From Octopus sinensis (Eukaryota): a stretch of DNA of 64,000 nt. Position numbers and translations under genes: made by a program. The notes under the pieces are model-generated. The model did no database searches. It was not told where the DNA came from and was given only the letters and a program-made list of their open reading frames with translations. The stretch is taken from NCBI RefSeq assembly GCF_006345805.1, contig NW_021833428.1, forward strand, positions 10,304 through 74,303. The letters are read 5' to 3'. Positions 24,371 through 37,292 of the stretch are shown in pieces. Each line of letters starts with the position of its first letter. The stretch's first letter is position 1.

Positions 24371-24929
24371 TAATATATTGTTCTCATCTTGCGGCAGGGC
24401 TTGTTGTTAGTAAAAATGGCATTTTTTCCAAAAAAGTGGCGAGTTATAGAAATGGCGAGCAACAGAGGGTAAACTTAATGTATGTTGATTAGGGAATAGA
24501 TGAATTGCCATGATGACTGCCAGCAGGTTATGGTAAACAATTTGAGGTTCAAATAAAATCGTTTAGAACTAGAAGAATATCAGGAAAATAATGTAAATAT
24601 AATAAGTGGATTCTCAACTTTTAGTATGAATCGTTGCTAATTTTGTTGACAAGGGATTGGGGAAAGTACCTAAAAAGAAGAGGTTTATGTGTTCATTTGA
24701 CCTGAAATAACCATGTAATTTAATTAAATAATAGCTCCGGTGATCCAGAAAATTATTTTCAAAACCATCATTTTTTGAAGTTACTTCAGAAGCCAACAAA
24801 TTAGTAAAATTTTTTTACAACGGAAAATCATGTAGTCTCCCTTCGTAACTGAATAGTTATTTCCATGTCGTCGCTACAAAGGTGAACTACGATGATGGCA
24901 CTTTTCCTGTATGAACTAAGAATTCAAGA

Positions 24930-25790
24930 ATGTACGGAGAAAGCCCGTTCACTCTATTTTGTTTAATTGGTATGATGATTTGGACGTGGATCTGAAGGAA
25001 TTGTCTTGGTGGTTATCACATGGAAATAACTCACTGAGAACCAAGGGGCTGCCGTGTCTAATACGGGAACTTATTTATTTTCCGACAATGCTAGAGCATT
25101 GTGCAGTCACTTTAACTGAGTCAGAAAAACAGTTAATCATTTAGATGTGGTCAAATGATAAATAGTGACTACCTACGAAGACACAACGAAATAATGAAGT
25201 GTATACATCAGAATTAATGCAAGGAGTATGGAATTAAGAAATCTAGAAAATTGAAAATCCACTCTGTTGAGTCAGTGGCTGCGAATAACTCTGTGGAGAT
25301 TTGTGTTGACCTGACAATAAAGACAAGCCGCACATCTTCGTACTCGACAAAATGAGGAACATAATCATGCTTATAAGTCAGGTTGAGGTGGAAAAGCTCC
25401 ATAAATACGATTTGCTTTCCAGTAAACTCAGAGTAATTCACAACGCCAAGGTTACAGGTGCCATTTTTATTAACATAGACGACGTTTATAATGCGACTCA
25501 ATCGGTCTCAAAGAACATACACGAACTTACATTTAGTCGATGGTTATTCGGAAAAGATAGGAGAGTATGCGTAAAGAACATAAGTTTGAAATAATTCTGC
25601 CGGAAAAATGTCAAAAGTCTTGATTTAAAACAAAGGAGAAAGTTTGCCAAGTGTGGGTAGGTATTGAGTCAGACTTGATAGCGACCACAGAGGAGCCTGG
25701 TCCTGTGAGATGGATGAGTGTGGGCATTGAAAAGATTGGCTCTGGTTCAAAGAGGAAGAGAATCGACTGAGAGCAGACGCATTAATTAAA
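24930..25790 (+). mobile_element. R4/Dong-like RLE retrotransposon 3' fragment, degraded
   Basis: SWWLSHGN, KPHIFVLDK, QVEVEKLHKYDLL. Confidence 0.65.
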
Positions 25791-25906
25791 AATTAATAAT
25801 TAATCGTTTTGGTTAATTAATTTGTTTTTTTAAATATTATAATAATAAAAATATTATATGGCTAAACTAATTTTAAACTAATTTTTAAATAATTTGGTTT
25901 ATTTAT

Positions 25907-26628
25907 ATGGATAAGCGTTTGGTTGTTAATTCTGTTCAATTTCCTGTATCTTTAACTTGTGTAAATACTCGGTTAACTGCGCAAGAAAAGCTTCAGAAAA
26001 GGTAAACTAAAAGTATTAACCACTATATAGAAAAGTAAAGAACCGAATTGCTGCTCAAATAGCTCGTGACAGGAAAAAAATCTACGTGAGCTCTCTAGAA
26101 GAGCAGTTGTTGACCTTGGAAGAGACCAACGCTCAACTTAAGCTTCAAAATTTGCAATTAATGAAACGCAATCAACTTTTAACTCAAAAACTTTTAAACC
26201 CATCTGAGGGAACTAGGAGGATTGAGGAAGTGTCGTTTCCAAACAAGTCTGCAGAACTTGAATCTTCTCCGCAGTGGAAGATGACGACACTTTTCTCTCT
26301 ACTCCTTTTTGCCCAGAGAACTCAAAGGGATTGGGAGAGCTCGTTATATTGGACGAAGACCCTATTGGTGGAGACGATAAGATGTTTCTCAATTCGTCCT
26401 CTAATGAGCCTACTTTTTCATATTTGGAACCATTTGATAACATTTTTTATTCCTGGGATAATATTTTTGGGGGTGACACTAATTTTCCTCCAGTTGAGCC
26501 GGCAAGCCTTCAAATGGATGAATCTTGTGAAACAAATTATTTGGAGAGTCGTCCAGATTGGTCTGAAAACTTTGATTTTATTCGATTTGACCCACTTCAT
26601 TGGCCTTCTATTTGAAACGGTGACTTGA
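25907..26628 (+). CDS. XBP1: X-box binding protein 1 (bZIP): spliceosomal intron 26002-26030; IRE1-type intron 26252-26271; XBP1s ends 26615, XBP1u ends 26628
   Basis: LTAQEKLQKR|KVKNRIAAQIARDRKK..LEEQ..LEETN basic-zipper; twin CNG|CAG stem-loops; acidic shifted frame and hydrophobic unspliced frame. Confidence 0.92.
26245..26283 (+). promoter_or_regulatory. IRE1 cleavage twin stem-loop (unconventional 20-nt intron)
   Basis: CAAGT-CTGCAGA-ACTTG and TCTTCT-CCGCAGT-GGAAGA: 7-nt CNGCAGN loops on 5-6-bp stems. Confidence 0.9.
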
Positions 26629-27274
26629 CATATTTATTAATCGAATGTTATATTGGTTATTCTTATTAATTTTTATTGGTTTGGTCACATATGTTCCATA
26701 TGGCAGATATTGTGGCAATTTTTAAATTAATCAATATAGCTTATCACTAAATATTCCCTCGGGGATTTTTTAACTGCAAAGTTCCTTCCTTATATAATTG
26801 TCTCCTAATTAGGGTGCAGCATTGCTTCCTAACTGGTTTTAACACTGCTGTCTTACTCTAATGAATCTAGTTCAAGCTCATTAAAACCACTTGTCTTTTA
26901 AAAAATTATAACCACTTAAACATCCAACCATTATACCTATCCATGTCTAGACAAATGAAATATCAGACTACAGTTGTAACAACAACAAGCCCTGCCGCAA
27001 GATGAGAACGGAATGTTAACATCTCGCTTGGGCCAGCCACATAAGATCAAAACAGAGAGAGAACATGTTATTAAGAAACTAACTAATCCAAAGGAAGACA
27101 ATCCAAACGAAGACATGGGTCTCTGCTTCATCTATTTTTCTTTTCGAGTGTGGCTGAAGTAGACATCCGGTTCCGCAGTGGTATCACTGATAACGGCGTC
27201 ACTCGTCAATCCGGGGTGCATGTAATCCGGGGTGCATATAATATGCATGGAACCTTCGGCCGAAATGATAACAG

Positions 27275-27500
27275 TTGTAAACTTTGTCTAAGAAATTAAC
27301 AACTGTACCGCTTCAAGAAAGTTTGACGTAAATAAGAAACTGGTAAGAAATTGGAAACACAATGCAACATACCTATGCAAAGAAACAAATGTGCTATTAA
27401 AAAAGCTTCCGGGGGCCAGCACTTGAACAAGAACTTGTATACTGGGTCGAGAAGCAACAAAAGTATGGGCTTGTCGTCACATTAATTTTAAATCAAAACT
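27275..27500 (+). mobile_element. pogo-like transposase N-terminal remnant
   Basis: RTASRKFDVNKKLVRNWK and LEQELVYWVEKQ (HTH / CENP-B-like). Confidence 0.5.
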
Positions 27501-27549
27501 TGATTATCCACCAGACTAAACAAATTAAAGACTTAATTAAAAGTAATTG

Positions 27550-28080
27550 TTTTCAGATTCGCATAAGAATCCATTGTTCAGTTTAAAGCGTTTACTTTCT
27601 CATGAATCCAGGACACAACGCAGACTTAATAACTGTCCGCACAGGTTACATCCTATACGAGAAACTTCCCCTCGCTGTATGGAAAGACCGTCATTCTGTC
27701 CGACGCTTACCGTCTCCGCGATCAAGACCAGTGAGCTCCAGAACATAAGGGAAGCTTGCGCATTAAGGCCCCGTTTGACGACGTTGTTCAAATTGGGGTG
27801 TCTCGGAGTACGTCTAGCACTTAACCGGCAGGAATGAGGGTGGAGGGCATCAGAGTCTATCAACTGCCCACACTTGCACGGGTGGGGATGGCAAAGAGGG
27901 ATTCCTAGTCGAAGACAGGTACCGAGTCGAACTGACTAATCATACAAGAGTAAACCGGCTGAGGATAGTGGGACGGCATTTAACCAGTCCGCTGAGTGTG
28001 GTTGCGCGGCTGCGTTCATTGATGCGAGTTCAATTTGTAAAAAAATGTCGGATAATCACTGTCGGAGCAGACGAGTTATT
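27550..28080 (-). mobile_element. CRE-like RLE fragment with internal deletions
   Basis: QPHSADWLNAVP, CHPHPCKCG..HPHSC..RH, RISLNNG. Confidence 0.75.
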
Positions 28081-28089
28081 TACTTAAGG

Positions 28090-29190
28090 AATCACATAAG
28101 TGACCCCGGAAAATAACCTTTCTGGAATCGAGCCAGGGTCAAGTGCAAACTTTCAATTGCTCGAAACATACAATCATGAAGTGGTTTGCAGTTTTTTAGA
28201 AATAAATTATACATCTCATTGATCCCAATTGTCTTCCAGTGAGAGAAATGGGTTACTACTTCATTGAACTTCTAACGGATGTCAGACACCACAAAACTTG
28301 GTAATCATGAGAGTATCAGATATACAAAAGCAAAACGACTTACTCATAGTGGACCTGATTTCCACATACTTCCTCATGTGTCAGGCATTTTGGCCTCATG
28401 CGGGTAACCTCCTTCGTCTCTCCATGCAACCGCCAATAGAACAGTCTGGAATTTAACTGAGACAAGTTGTTCTCTCGCCTTCCCTGACACCGAAATTCGT
28501 GGGTTGAGAGCTTCTTCTGATAAAAAACAATCAACTCCATCCTCTTTGCCTGCACACATTTCAATTCATTAAAATTCCATTTGGCAGGGTGTGCTCGACG
28601 AAATTTCCATCAACTCTTTGTCCCAAGCTTCTGTGTGATTCCTTCATAGGTTGTCTGTGCCAAGTACAAATAGAGATAAATATCGTCCATTGTCTCTGGA
28701 GCATTACGCACGATCGCGTAAGATATTGCACAATTGATGCAACTCATAACGTCAGTCCTGAGTTGCCACCTAGATATATTTCGGGTCATTCTGCGGTCCG
28801 TAATGAGGAAAAAACAATTCTCAGAGAGTAGGGATGTCTACTTAATACCTTGCTAACCTGCAAAAATAGGGCTAACTCGCTACTCTGGTGCTCGTTTTGT
28901 TGAGAACATGAGCATCCTGACGGCGTAATCGCAGAAAAAGTTTTCCTTCGCAAGCCTGAAAAGAAGTTTTAGCCAGGTTCTTCAGTGCATTCAGAGACAA
29001 ATTCGCGCAAAAACGTAATTTGAAGCATTGAAGAAAAATAGGTCAAAAATTCCTGGACATCCTGGAAGCTCTTCCCAGCACTTGCGAAAGAGTAGATTTA
29101 ACCTAGTCCTTACGGGTCGTGCACTCAGTCCCTTTTGCGATGGCAAGGCTCTCCATCGAAGGTCTCCCTCTCCGACGCGTTTGTCCATCC
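28090..29190 (-). mobile_element. R4/Dong-like element, N-terminal to early RT region, degraded
   Basis: LAQTTYEGITQK..WK and HWKTIGINEMYNLFLK (WKAxG.D..N-like). Confidence 0.5.
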
Positions 29191-29952
29191 TGCTCTAAAT
29201 ATATTATGAATAATAACATTGTTATTTTCTCTTTCAGGAGGAGTTCACATCAAGATATAAGCAGGTTTTTTTTTAAAATGAATTTGTATAACTAAACAAC
29301 AACACGTAAGATTTCGCTTGTACCAGACACAGAATTTTTCAAGAGCAAGAGATAACAAGTAAGTTGGTTATTCTAATTAATTTCTAGTTGAGGCATAGAT
29401 AAATTTCTCTTGTCTTTTGAGTTTTCTTTTTATTCAAGTGTGGCTGTTCAAGTTTCCAAGAAATGCTTTAAGAAAGTTTAGTTTCTTATTCCATTTCTTC
29501 AACACGTTTTCCGTATGGGGAATAAAGGTTAGAAAGGTGAAATGAAGTGGTTTCAAAAAGTAAATTACAATCTTCTAAATAATTGCATTTTTTCATTTGT
29601 AGAAAAATTATTCATCATTTTTTCATCCAGGTACGATGAACAAAATTCTGCAAATAATTGATTAAGTTCTTCACCCGTTCAGTGTGACAGGAAGCTAAGA
29701 CGTACCGAAGTCCAGATAGTGCTTGGAATTCGCTTGTAATGGTATGTCAATAACGGCGTCACTAGTCAAACCCAATTGGAACTTTCGGTACAGACAGCTT
29801 CTGAGAATCGAACCCGGGACTAGAGTTTAGCAACGGATTTTCGACCATTTACCTGCCCGGTATAACTAGACCAAAAGCTAATTACTCAGATAATACTTTT
29901 TTAAATAATTTTAATGAGATAAAATAAATAAAAAGACATTATCATACTATTT

Positions 29953-30867
29953 TTACTCAGATTTTTTAGCCCGTCCAATACGTTCGGTCCCCACTTGTTC
30001 AAGTTTTGAAGCTTTGATATAGTTTGTATTTCCATTAAGAGAAGTGACAAGGTTAGGATTTCTCTGAGTCGTATATTTTTCACCAATCGAAGAATATCTT
30101 TTACTTAATCAGTTAAGTGAACCCCATTTCATACAATTGGCACTGATCAATATTATAACGTTCAATAAAATTCCAGACTTCTCTGTAGTTCCACGACAAA
30201 ATTGGATTCACTCTAATTAAAGGAGGCCAACCTTCATCACAAGGCATAAACGGAGCAATCGAATATTCTGAAAAAATTACAACATTTGTGTCTTTACCAA
30301 AGTCGTCTCCCCTTGTTCCCATAAATACGGCCTTTATCTTTCTGTTGTCTTTAGTAAACTGATATAGTGATTCCTTATAGTTCCCACAGTAGTGAACGTA
30401 TTTTAAATTAAATCTTTGTTTAAATATATTTATTTAACCTATTAACAGATTCTTGTATGAAATTTGTTAATTCTGGAAATTCGGGTCCAGTAGAAATGTG
30501 AAGAATTAAGATTTCTATTTTTGATAAAGAACCCGCACTAGAAGTTAAGTTTGTAGACTTTACTAACTGTCGCTTCCACGCACTCATGAATAAATATAGG
30601 ACAATTGTTGATTCCTTTCCTCCGCCAAAAGCTATGCACATTTCATCAAAACTATTCAAATTGACGTCAAATTTTAATTAGCTTAGGTAAATAAATTTTC
30701 ATTAAATAAAATTAAGTCAACCTAAAACGAGTAAAAGCCTCGTAAAAGTACGAAAGAGATTGCCGTATAAAGTTAGACTCCTTTTTATGTTCAGCATCAG
30801 AGCATATTTTGGAAAATGTATTTTCTTTAATATATACAAGTGAATTACCATCACTTTGGAGCAACAT
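29953..30867 (-). CDS. FLAD1: FAD synthase (PAPS-reductase-type domain), multi-exon
   Basis: CIAFGGGKESTIVL, AVFMGTRGDD, DEGWPPLIRVNPILSWNY, CQLYEMG|YSSIG, NPNL, ERIGR. Confidence 0.85.
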
Positions 30868-30897
30868 GAAATATATTTAAATTAATTCAGTAGTAAT

Positions 30898-31390
30898 TAA
30901 TTATTATTATTAAAACCAAGATCGCCGTCCAAAACATAGAACTAATTAATCAGGTGATCCCGGCTTCTCTGAGGAGGGTCCTCATCTTTGCCCGGTTCTG
31001 CTCCCTAGTCCCGACACAATTTCTATGAGAACGCTGTGGTGGAGTTTTGGGGCCTGTAGGCCCACCGAATTCGAAAATATCGACCTGCAAAAGGGGCTTG
31101 CTTGTCTTCCTCAAAATGCAATTAAAGCCGGCGAACAAAGAGCGGCTGTATTTATGCAGGAAAAACCTTTGAAAAGGATTAACGTCGAGTGTTTTTAAAA
31201 GTGAATTTATGCTATTCCAATTTTGGGTGGCCTTAAGAGAATGTCTTTAGTTTGCCTGAGGAGGTCGGGGATTCTGCGATCAATTAAAACAAATAAATTG
31301 CCCTTTCCATGATCGCAGGATTTCTAGCCCCAAATATGGTATTCAGAGCAGAGAAAGCATCTGTGCGAAGTCTATCACAACCGCCAACAT
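30898..31390 (-). mobile_element. LINE 3' end ('GIT*' family) with (TAA)n tail
   Basis: Ends ..RNCVGTREQNRAKMRTLLREAGIT*, homologous to ..HTCVGSRVQHREKLRKILRIVGIT* at 6512. Confidence 0.75.
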
Positions 31391-31399
31391 GAATTAGTT

Positions 31400-32350
31400 A
31401 ATCAAGAAAATCAAATGTAAAGCTCTGCATTCCATATTATTCAAATGTCTAAATGACCAGCGGCTGGCTTTAGAGAGGAAATGTTTCCCCCAGAAGTGAG
31501 GCACTATATTGTCTACTGGAGGATAGGAATCTATTCTTTTCAACCAAGGGAGCATTTTGCAATCATTGTATGAGAAGCAAAAAAACTGTTGGGCATTTGG
31601 CAACCCGGTGTTGAAAAATGCTCAAAAGTGATTACAACAGAAGACATAAAGAGGTCCTGAGATGTATTCATTTGCATCTATGTATGAAGTACGCAATCCG
31701 CAAAGTCAAAAAATTAAAGGTTTATCCTGTCCAATCAATTACATTCACACAAAATGTCGAAATACGAGTCGATTCCCAAATAATTACAGACTCGAATATT
31801 CAGTGCAACAAGTCTGACATATTTTCGTACCACAAAATTAAGAACGAAATTACTCTCATCGATGTGGAAATCATTTCTCAGGACCACCTAAGCAGGTCAA
31901 GGTCGAGAAATGCCATAAATAAGATCTACTGGCCGGGGAGTTGTCTATTCTTTACGACGCTCATGTGAGAATAATCCCACTGGTTTAGACCTGGGACGAG
32001 TTCGTTTACAGATTTTTCACGAAATACATCGAAAAGTTGGCTATCGATGACGGAACTTGGAGTTACATAAAATCAATTGTGTTAAAGAAAACACTGGAGA
32101 GTATAATTGTTGAGCACAAATACGGGATCAGAATCACTGATGAAAAGATAATTCAGCCAGTAGCCTCTTAATTGAAGCAAGTCATTTGTACGAAGAAAAT
32201 GTAGATAGTGTGGGAAAAAGAATCGCAACTAACTTGAAGACAGAGGATCAAAGAGTGGTGTTGGTTACTTCCTCCTCTAAAAAGAGGAGATTAATTTTCA
32301 GCAGACAACAATCAGATTAACATCAATGAAATAAAATTAACTTAATAAAA
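31400..32350 (+). mobile_element. R4/Dong-like RLE retrotransposon 3' end
   Basis: HLATRC..SDYNRRHKEVLRCIHLHLC, EIRVD, NKSDI, ITLIDV.I, IIPLV.TWD, VLKKTLES. Confidence 0.8.
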
Positions 32351-32753
32351 TAAATGGTAGAATAGACAAACGATTAGCTTAAATAATCTTTAAATTTGCT
32401 TCGATCAGTTAAAAATCATTAAGTTCGTGTTTCTAAGAATAGACATAACTGCTAGAATAATTTAAATACCGTAATAAATCATTAATATATTCGAAACCGT
32501 TACTAATTAATGAATTTCTTGTTTTTCGGTAAATTTTTGGCCTAACCGAGTAGAAAGAATTAAAAAGCGGTTAAATTGGAAAAGGCGAATCTATTCACAA
32601 TGTTCTAATGAATTAAAATTAATCGGTTTATTATTATTATTAAAACCACTTGCCACTCAATCGATTATTTAATTAATGTTCAATCGTTAAATTATGCTAG
32701 TTTAGAATAGCTATCTTATCTTTTTTCGCGGTAACCAGTCTGATTTATATACC

Positions 32754-33979
32754 ATGCTGAATTTGAATTCTGGTTCTATGATTTTTACAGAAACAACTTC
32801 ACTGGCGAACAATTGTTCTTGCCATCCACCTCGAGAAATTGACAACAAAACAAGAATTGCGAAAAAGAAACTTCTGATTGCTTTGATTTTGTCTGCTACG
32901 TTCACATTAGTTGAATTCATAGGTACATCAATGATTCTTAAAATAGGTGGAATTCTTTCAAATAGTATATCAATCATGACAGATTCTTCACATATGCTGG
33001 TTGATGTCATCAGCGTTGGGGTGAGCTACTTGTCATTAGTATTCCACTCACGACCTTCTACCAAAAAGTTCAGTTTTGGTTGGTATAGAATAGGTATTTA
33101 TACTTTTAAAACTCACAGAGGTACTTGCGTCACTACTTTCCATAATGTTACTTATCAACTTAACTGTCGTATTCGTATACGCTGCTGTTATCAGAATTAA
33201 GAGAAACGAATATGACATTAACCCAAATATTATGGTTATTATAGCATCAACTGGATTATTCTTCAATATAATGTAGAGTACACTTTATAAAGTGTTTAGA
33301 TTGGTTACAGTGTTGCATCACGGCCACGAACATTCCCACGAATTGCCAAAATCAGTCGATGTGATTCAACAGGGTAGTAAATTATGCTATATTCAGGAGA
33401 AGAACATTCACATAGAAGCCATGGAAAACATCTTGGACTCTCGGCTGCGTTCATTCATGTAATCGGAGACTTAATTCAGAGTATCGGTGTTTTTATTGCG
33501 GCTCTGATTATATATTTCAAAGTAATTGTCTTTAAATGATGTTAGCCAAATCTAAAAATCGTAGATCCAATTTGTACTTTTATTTTTTCAATTTTGGTGG
33601 TAATCAGCACTTATACAGTCATGAGAGACATATTTTTTGTGCTTATGGAAGGTATTTTGATTTTTCAATTTTAGCGGTCCCCGTTGGAGTTGACTATAAC
33701 TTACTTTGGAAATGCCTCAGCAGCGTTTCTGGAGTTCGTTCATGCCATAATATACGAGCATGGTCCCTTACACACTCTAAGCTTGTTATTGCAGCTCATT
33801 TAACTATTGGTAATTTATTGCATTAATTTTTGATAGACAGCGAAGTCGACTCACAAAGAATTGTAGCTGAATGTTCAGAAAAGTTAAGGATGGAGTTCAA
33901 CTTTTCTGAAATATATCTTCAGGTGGAAAACTATCATCATAGCATGGAGAGATGTACTGATTGTCTAGGACCATCATAG
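32754..33979 (+). CDS. ZnT/SLC30 zinc transporter (SLC30A2/3/4/8-like), multi-exon
   Basis: AKKKLLIA, IMTDSSHMLVD, RPSTKKFSFGWYR, HGHEHSH, AAFIHVIGDLIQSIGV, DPICTFIFS, LMEAVP, WSLT; start position uncertain. Confidence 0.9.
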
Positions 33980-34571
33980 CTTTAATTATTTTTGACTCTA
34001 TTTTTTTCTAATAACATTATGACTTTGTTTTTGTGCCCTCAATTTATTTTTTTCTACATGTCCAAATGAGTGAAACATTGAGATGAAGTCGTATTTTTTC
34101 CATTTAATATTAAATAAGCGCATTTCAGCTCAATATGCTATAAATGATTTTTTAATTGCTTGTTTAGACTAAGTTATGAGATGTGAAAACAGAAAAAAAT
34201 CGATTTGGAGCCATTAACCTTTCCCCATATCTTTAATATAACAATTCTTCAGTGATTGCCGCAGTGACATATGGTTTGGTACTTATCAGACAAATATGAA
34301 CTTGTCCTCGACGAGTTCTATAAAATCTAGGGTTACGTTCTAAATCCTTTTTCAGAATAAACCAATAAGCTCAATCCCCAAATTATCTTAAGTTTTATTT
34401 GTAAATTCTAAAGGTAGATTGTGTTTTTGAATATCTTTCCTCTGAACGTATTTATTTTTCATAAATTCAAATACTTTTGTCGCTTGATTGAAATGTAATA
34501 TTGCTTGATTATTTTTTTATTTTTAATATTTTGATTTAAAATTATATTTTTTGCTTTTTGTTGCAGCTACG

Positions 34572-37036
34572 ATGATTCCCAGTTTTCTGAGGAGGCCTAA
34601 GCAAACTACCTCTGTAGAAAGATTTTTGTATTATTTATTTTTTGACGATCAGCGAACTTATGGAATTGCTCTCATGTGGCAAACTCGCAGACAGCACAGC
34701 AATATCGAATACAATTTATGAAGTAACCCGCATATTCCTTTGGGGAACTAATCAGTCAGAAGGAATATCAAAGTGATTTTAAATATCCTTTAACATATGC
34801 AGCCAATTTATGCAGATGAACATTATTACGATAATGAAAGACATTCTTGTTGATAATCCTGAGATTGCCCTCTGCTTGCTTCAGAATCTTTGCATTATAT
34901 TTGAAAGTCTTACAAACAAACAAATCCTCTGTAATTAAATCTGATTATTTAGATTTACTTCTCTCAAACAACACAATTAATTATCTTATCAGCTATAATT
35001 TTGACTTTCGCGAGGAGGAGGTAATAATTATATTTTTGATACAAATATTCTTTAGGCTATTAATCATTATATATCCTTCTTAAAAGTACTTTCATTACAT
35101 TTTTCTAATGACACCGCCGGATTCTTTTACAACGAGGTGACATATTATCCATATTTAAGATTTCTAATGAATTTCCCTTATTTACAGAATCGGTCAAATT
35201 TTTTAATCACCCTGATACAATGGTTCAGGCCGTAATTCGGCATGTGCTTCTAAATATTTTCAGAGGTTGATTTTTGACTTTATTTTAGTCTCTGATCCAA
35301 TCATAGTTAAGCTACTTTGTGATTCACATCTCCTCACCTATCTTGGAGGGTTTACCCGTTTTATTAAAAATACAATTCTATCTGAGTCTTTTCACCTGGA
35401 ACAGGACAGAAAGAATAATTGCACGTTATTTTCGTCCTATATAGATCAGCTATGCTATATCGAAGACATTATTTTGTTAACATGTGTTGAAATATCGACA
35501 CTTTTCCGTGCTTATTTCAGAGAACGGGTTTATATTCCACTTATTTTATACTCCTTGGTTGTGGAATACGATTATTTTCACTCGAAAGTATATTTCTAGT
35601 CATGTCTTATAAGAACCAACCATTTGTGACTCCGAGTTGTGCTTTGATTCTTCTAATTCTCGTTGGTCCATACATTTATTCTTAATAATCCAGACTTTTA
35701 CTCACGTTGAGTCAAGCGAGTGGCGGGAAAATTTAGCTCATGCCCTTGTTTTTGAAAATTTGCAAGTCTTTAACGAGGTAAGAAATTGCAAATAAGTTTA
35801 GTTACCAATTGACAGGTGGATATATTCACAAATAAATAAAGAAAATCCTTCACACGCCGAGTTTTTAGGACAGAGAGTGTTTATGGAATCAGTGATTGTT
35901 CATCTTGCAAGTAGCTCGAATCTGTTCTCATGCTTGGCTGGAAATATAATTCTCTTTATCTGCCGGGAGACTTTTGTCCTGGTGGAAGACACTTTTAATA
36001 TTCGAGAAAATCTTTCCCACGTAGTCACAAATATATTAGAGGAGTCAGCATATCTTGGTTTTTGCTTTATATTTACTATTATGGTAGAAAGTGTTTGCAA
36101 AACTTTTTCTTTGCGGATATATTTGTTGTTGCTTTGTTCATTTTCTGGTTACAACAGTCTATACAAACTATACAGACTTTTCTGCTCAGAATTGGATAGA
36201 ATTAATCGAGTAATTACAGTTATAATGACTTTAGACATATAAACTGTCATGGATTGTTTTTTATCGACATTTCTTTCACTATGAGGTTTGTTTTAATATT
36301 CAGATATTTGAGGCCGTTGATTTTCATATTTGTTCATATGACGCGCCACTCAAAGAGGGTGATTTTGATGACGACAGCAGTGGGCATTCCTTTTCTGAAG
36401 AGGACTTGGTTGATTTGGTTTACAGTTAAAAAATATTTTGACAGTTTTCTCGTCGTTTTTTAATGGTGAGAAACTTTTGTCTCCATTTGGGAATTGTTAC
36501 TGGAAAAGTAACTTCAGAAAATCCAAAATATTTTGAAAGTCATCGAATACAGCGTGGTTAGTAATATTTTTGCACCTGTAAGGTGTTGCTCGGCTTGTTG
36601 TTGTTGAGATGAGCCAAGATGTCTTTGATCACTATGAACAAGTTCTTTACACTGTAAAGGACAAACACATACTTATTCTTAAACCAACTGAGATTACCGA
36701 TCAGTTTATAGTGGTTAAATCACTTTTTATTATGGTGTGGATTGGGTGATTTATTTATGTAGGATCTGGATGTTAAAAGAGCACTTCCAGATACAAGGAC
36801 ATTGTTGGTTAACTCTAAGTTTACTCAACAAGTTGGTTTCTATTGCTTATTTTAGCTTAAATTAACATTTGATACGGCTGTGGCCTGTTCTACTGCTCTG
36901 GCTATGTTTTCAGTTGAATTACAACGATTACGTCGCGTAGCAAAGAAACTGATTGTTTCTATTATAAATGAGGCTGGTGGTGAGAAATGTTATTTTTTTC
37001 ATTTTAGATGATATTTCTGCGCCTATTTTATATTGA
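34572..37036 (+). CDS. CLEC16A: CLEC16A / FPL-domain protein, many mini-introns
   Basis: IFLWG, LLSNNTINYLISYNFDFREEE, YISFLKVLS, EFPLFTESVKFFNHPDTMV..LNIF match the FPL domain; 3' exons are approximate. Confidence 0.8.
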
Positions 37037-37042
37037 TTGATA

Positions 37043-37292
37043 TTTTTCTTGTAAAAAATTATTTTGTAATTGGTTTATTTATTGTGGAAAGGACCGTTTC
37101 AGTTAAAAAAAACTTTTCTTGTAAAAAATTATTTTGTAATTGGTTTATTTATTATGGAAAGGACCGTTTCGGTTAAAAAAACTATTGAATCTAAAATCCC
37201 TATTTCGTTTTTTCGAAATAGAAAATTAGCGGTCTTGACTCAGAGTGATTATAATCTAAAAAAATTAGCGGTCTTGACTCAGGGTGATTATA
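37043..37292. repeat. Two local tandem duplications (~70 bp and ~40 bp)
   Basis: TTTCTTGTAAAAAATTATTTTGTAATTGG..GGACCGTTTC occurs twice; AAAATTAGCGGTCTTGACTCAG.GTGATTATA occurs twice. Confidence 0.85.

Noticed and set aside
24378-24412. ~30-bp match to 26981-27010 (AACAACAAGCCCTGCCGCAAGATGAGAAC)
   Set aside because: Real similarity, but I could not extend or classify it; probably old TE debris.
29790-29870. tRNA gene suggested by GGTTCGATTC on the minus strand
   Set aside because: No cloverleaf, and it runs into the SINE-like core; treated as a SINE head.
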